Of a stretch of DNA of 64,000 nucleotides, positions 63,118 through 64,000 are shown piece after piece. The position numbers were made by a program, and so were the translations under genes. The stretch comes from Candidatus Thorarchaeota archaeon (lineage in GTDB: Archaea; Asgardarchaeota; Thorarchaeia; Thorarchaeales; Thorarchaeaceae). The stretch's first letter is position 1; each line of letters starts with the position of its first letter. The notes under the pieces are model-generated. The model searched no databases. It saw only the letters and a list, made by a program, of their open reading frames with translations, and was not told the DNA's origin. The stretch lies in assembly GCA_963726195.1 (NCBI GenBank), contig CAVSBO010000003.1:800001-864000 (forward strand), in the 5' to 3' direction.

Positions 63118-63294
63118 GTTCCTGCTCACATGTATGTCATCAATGCATTGCAGGATGTAGGGTACGAACTCCGTAACATAATCATCTGGGACAGGCAGAA
63201 CATAGTGAACCGTGCTGGCATCTTCGGGTGGCCCAACAATTACATCACTCTCAGCACGACCTTCGAGTACATTGTTGATTTCTGGCGTCCATGA
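63118..63294 (+). pseudogene. DNA methyltransferase, 3' part (not in the ORF track)
   Basis: VPAHMYVINALQDVGYELRNIIIWDRQNIVNRAGIFGWPNNYITLSTTFEYIVDFWRP*; IIW and EYI motifs typical of amino-MTases. Confidence 0.9.
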
Positions 63295-63351
63295 TGAGCC
63301 TCGTCAGTGACAAGCCACAGGTCACATGATTTGATTGACATGACAGGATTC

Positions 63352-64000
63352 TCAGATTCCGAGAATGGGAAATACCAATTCCTTGACCTTTCGAACTGTT
63401 TCGCGCACGGTCATCCATATTTCTGCATCATCCTTGAAAGGCGGCTTTTGCTTGGGAGGAGAATACTTGCGACCTGACAAGCACGGATATGACCGTGGCC
63501 ACACCCCAGCACAAAGAGTCTGGATGGTACCCTCCGCCCGTCACTACTCCAAGTCGACCGTCACTCCACTTGTGTGCTGCATTGTGTATTCTCTCTGCGA
63601 TGTATCTTATCATCGTCGTCGTCAGTTTGAGGTGCGCTAGGCGATCCAGGTAATGTGCATCAAAGCCGGGCAGAAACAGGATGAACTGAGGACGAAAGAA
63701 ATCGACCAGCTTCGGGACCAGCTCGTCAAAGGCATATCTGTATACTCCATCGCCCGCGTCCATCGGAAATGGCATATTGATGTTGTAGCCGGAGCCACGA
63801 CCAGAACCGACCTCGTTCACGTACCCTTCGTGAGGGTACATCCATTCAGGATCCTCATGGAAAGAGATGACCATGACCTCCGGATCGTCGTAGAAGTACG
63901 CTTGGTCCCCATTTCCGTGGTGGACATCGAAATCCGCGACAAGTATTCGATTCAGACCATTCTGTTTGAGCTCGCTAACAGCGGCCGCGATATCATTGAA
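63352..64000 (-). CDS. Histone deacetylase-family protein (3' part; late frameshift)
   Basis: DFDVHHGNG, ISFHE, GFDAH..D.L, GGGY; shifted frame ends ..VFPILGI* at 63352. Confidence 0.92.

Larger units (their letters stand above)
54972..63118 (+). mobile_element. Cargo-carrying IS607-like transposon (~8.1 kb): tnpA, giant nuclease cargo, long tnpB-like gene
   Basis: GGTT at both junctions (54970-54973, 63117-63120); excision restores the MTase frame; subterminal inverted repeats. Confidence 0.92.

Noticed and set aside
55671-63300. CRISPR array or type V locus near the Cas12-like and Cas4-like genes
   Set aside because: No repeat-spacer periodicity and no cas1/cas2; the two CTTGAAA words are 100 bp apart with no longer shared repeat.

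Overview
Archaeal chromosomal DNA, most consistent with an Asgard archaeon such as Thorarchaeia (inference from archaeal proteasome alpha, DtdA, ACD, a degenerate Rab-like GTPase, a WH2-like motif and TrmB/coiled-coil giants). Many genes carry single-base frameshifts, best read as assembly or long-read indels. The first 29 kb is mostly metabolic: RsmB-type methyltransferase, ALDH, an FGGY kinase-glpABC-AGPS-like-FeS-rSAM-GNAT operon, beta-oxidation genes, a secreted beta-propeller/FN3 protein between diverged direct repeats, and ACD. 29-54 kb holds housekeeping and uncharacterised genes. The standout is an ~8.1 kb IS607-like element (~54972-63118) inserted in an SPPY-type DNA methyltransferase gene, which is restored in frame when the element is removed at a shared GGTT. 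The element has 19/20-identical subterminal inverted repeats, an intact serine transposase TnpA, an unusually long (~710 aa) TnpB/Cas12-like RuvC nuclease at the right end, and between them a ~1,650 aa cargo protein (AT-hook, RecB/Cas4-like nuclease, degenerate RecA-like domain). A second, TnpA-less TnpB element with the same GGTT junctions lies at ~4158-5464. No CRISPR array, tRNA or rRNA was recognised.
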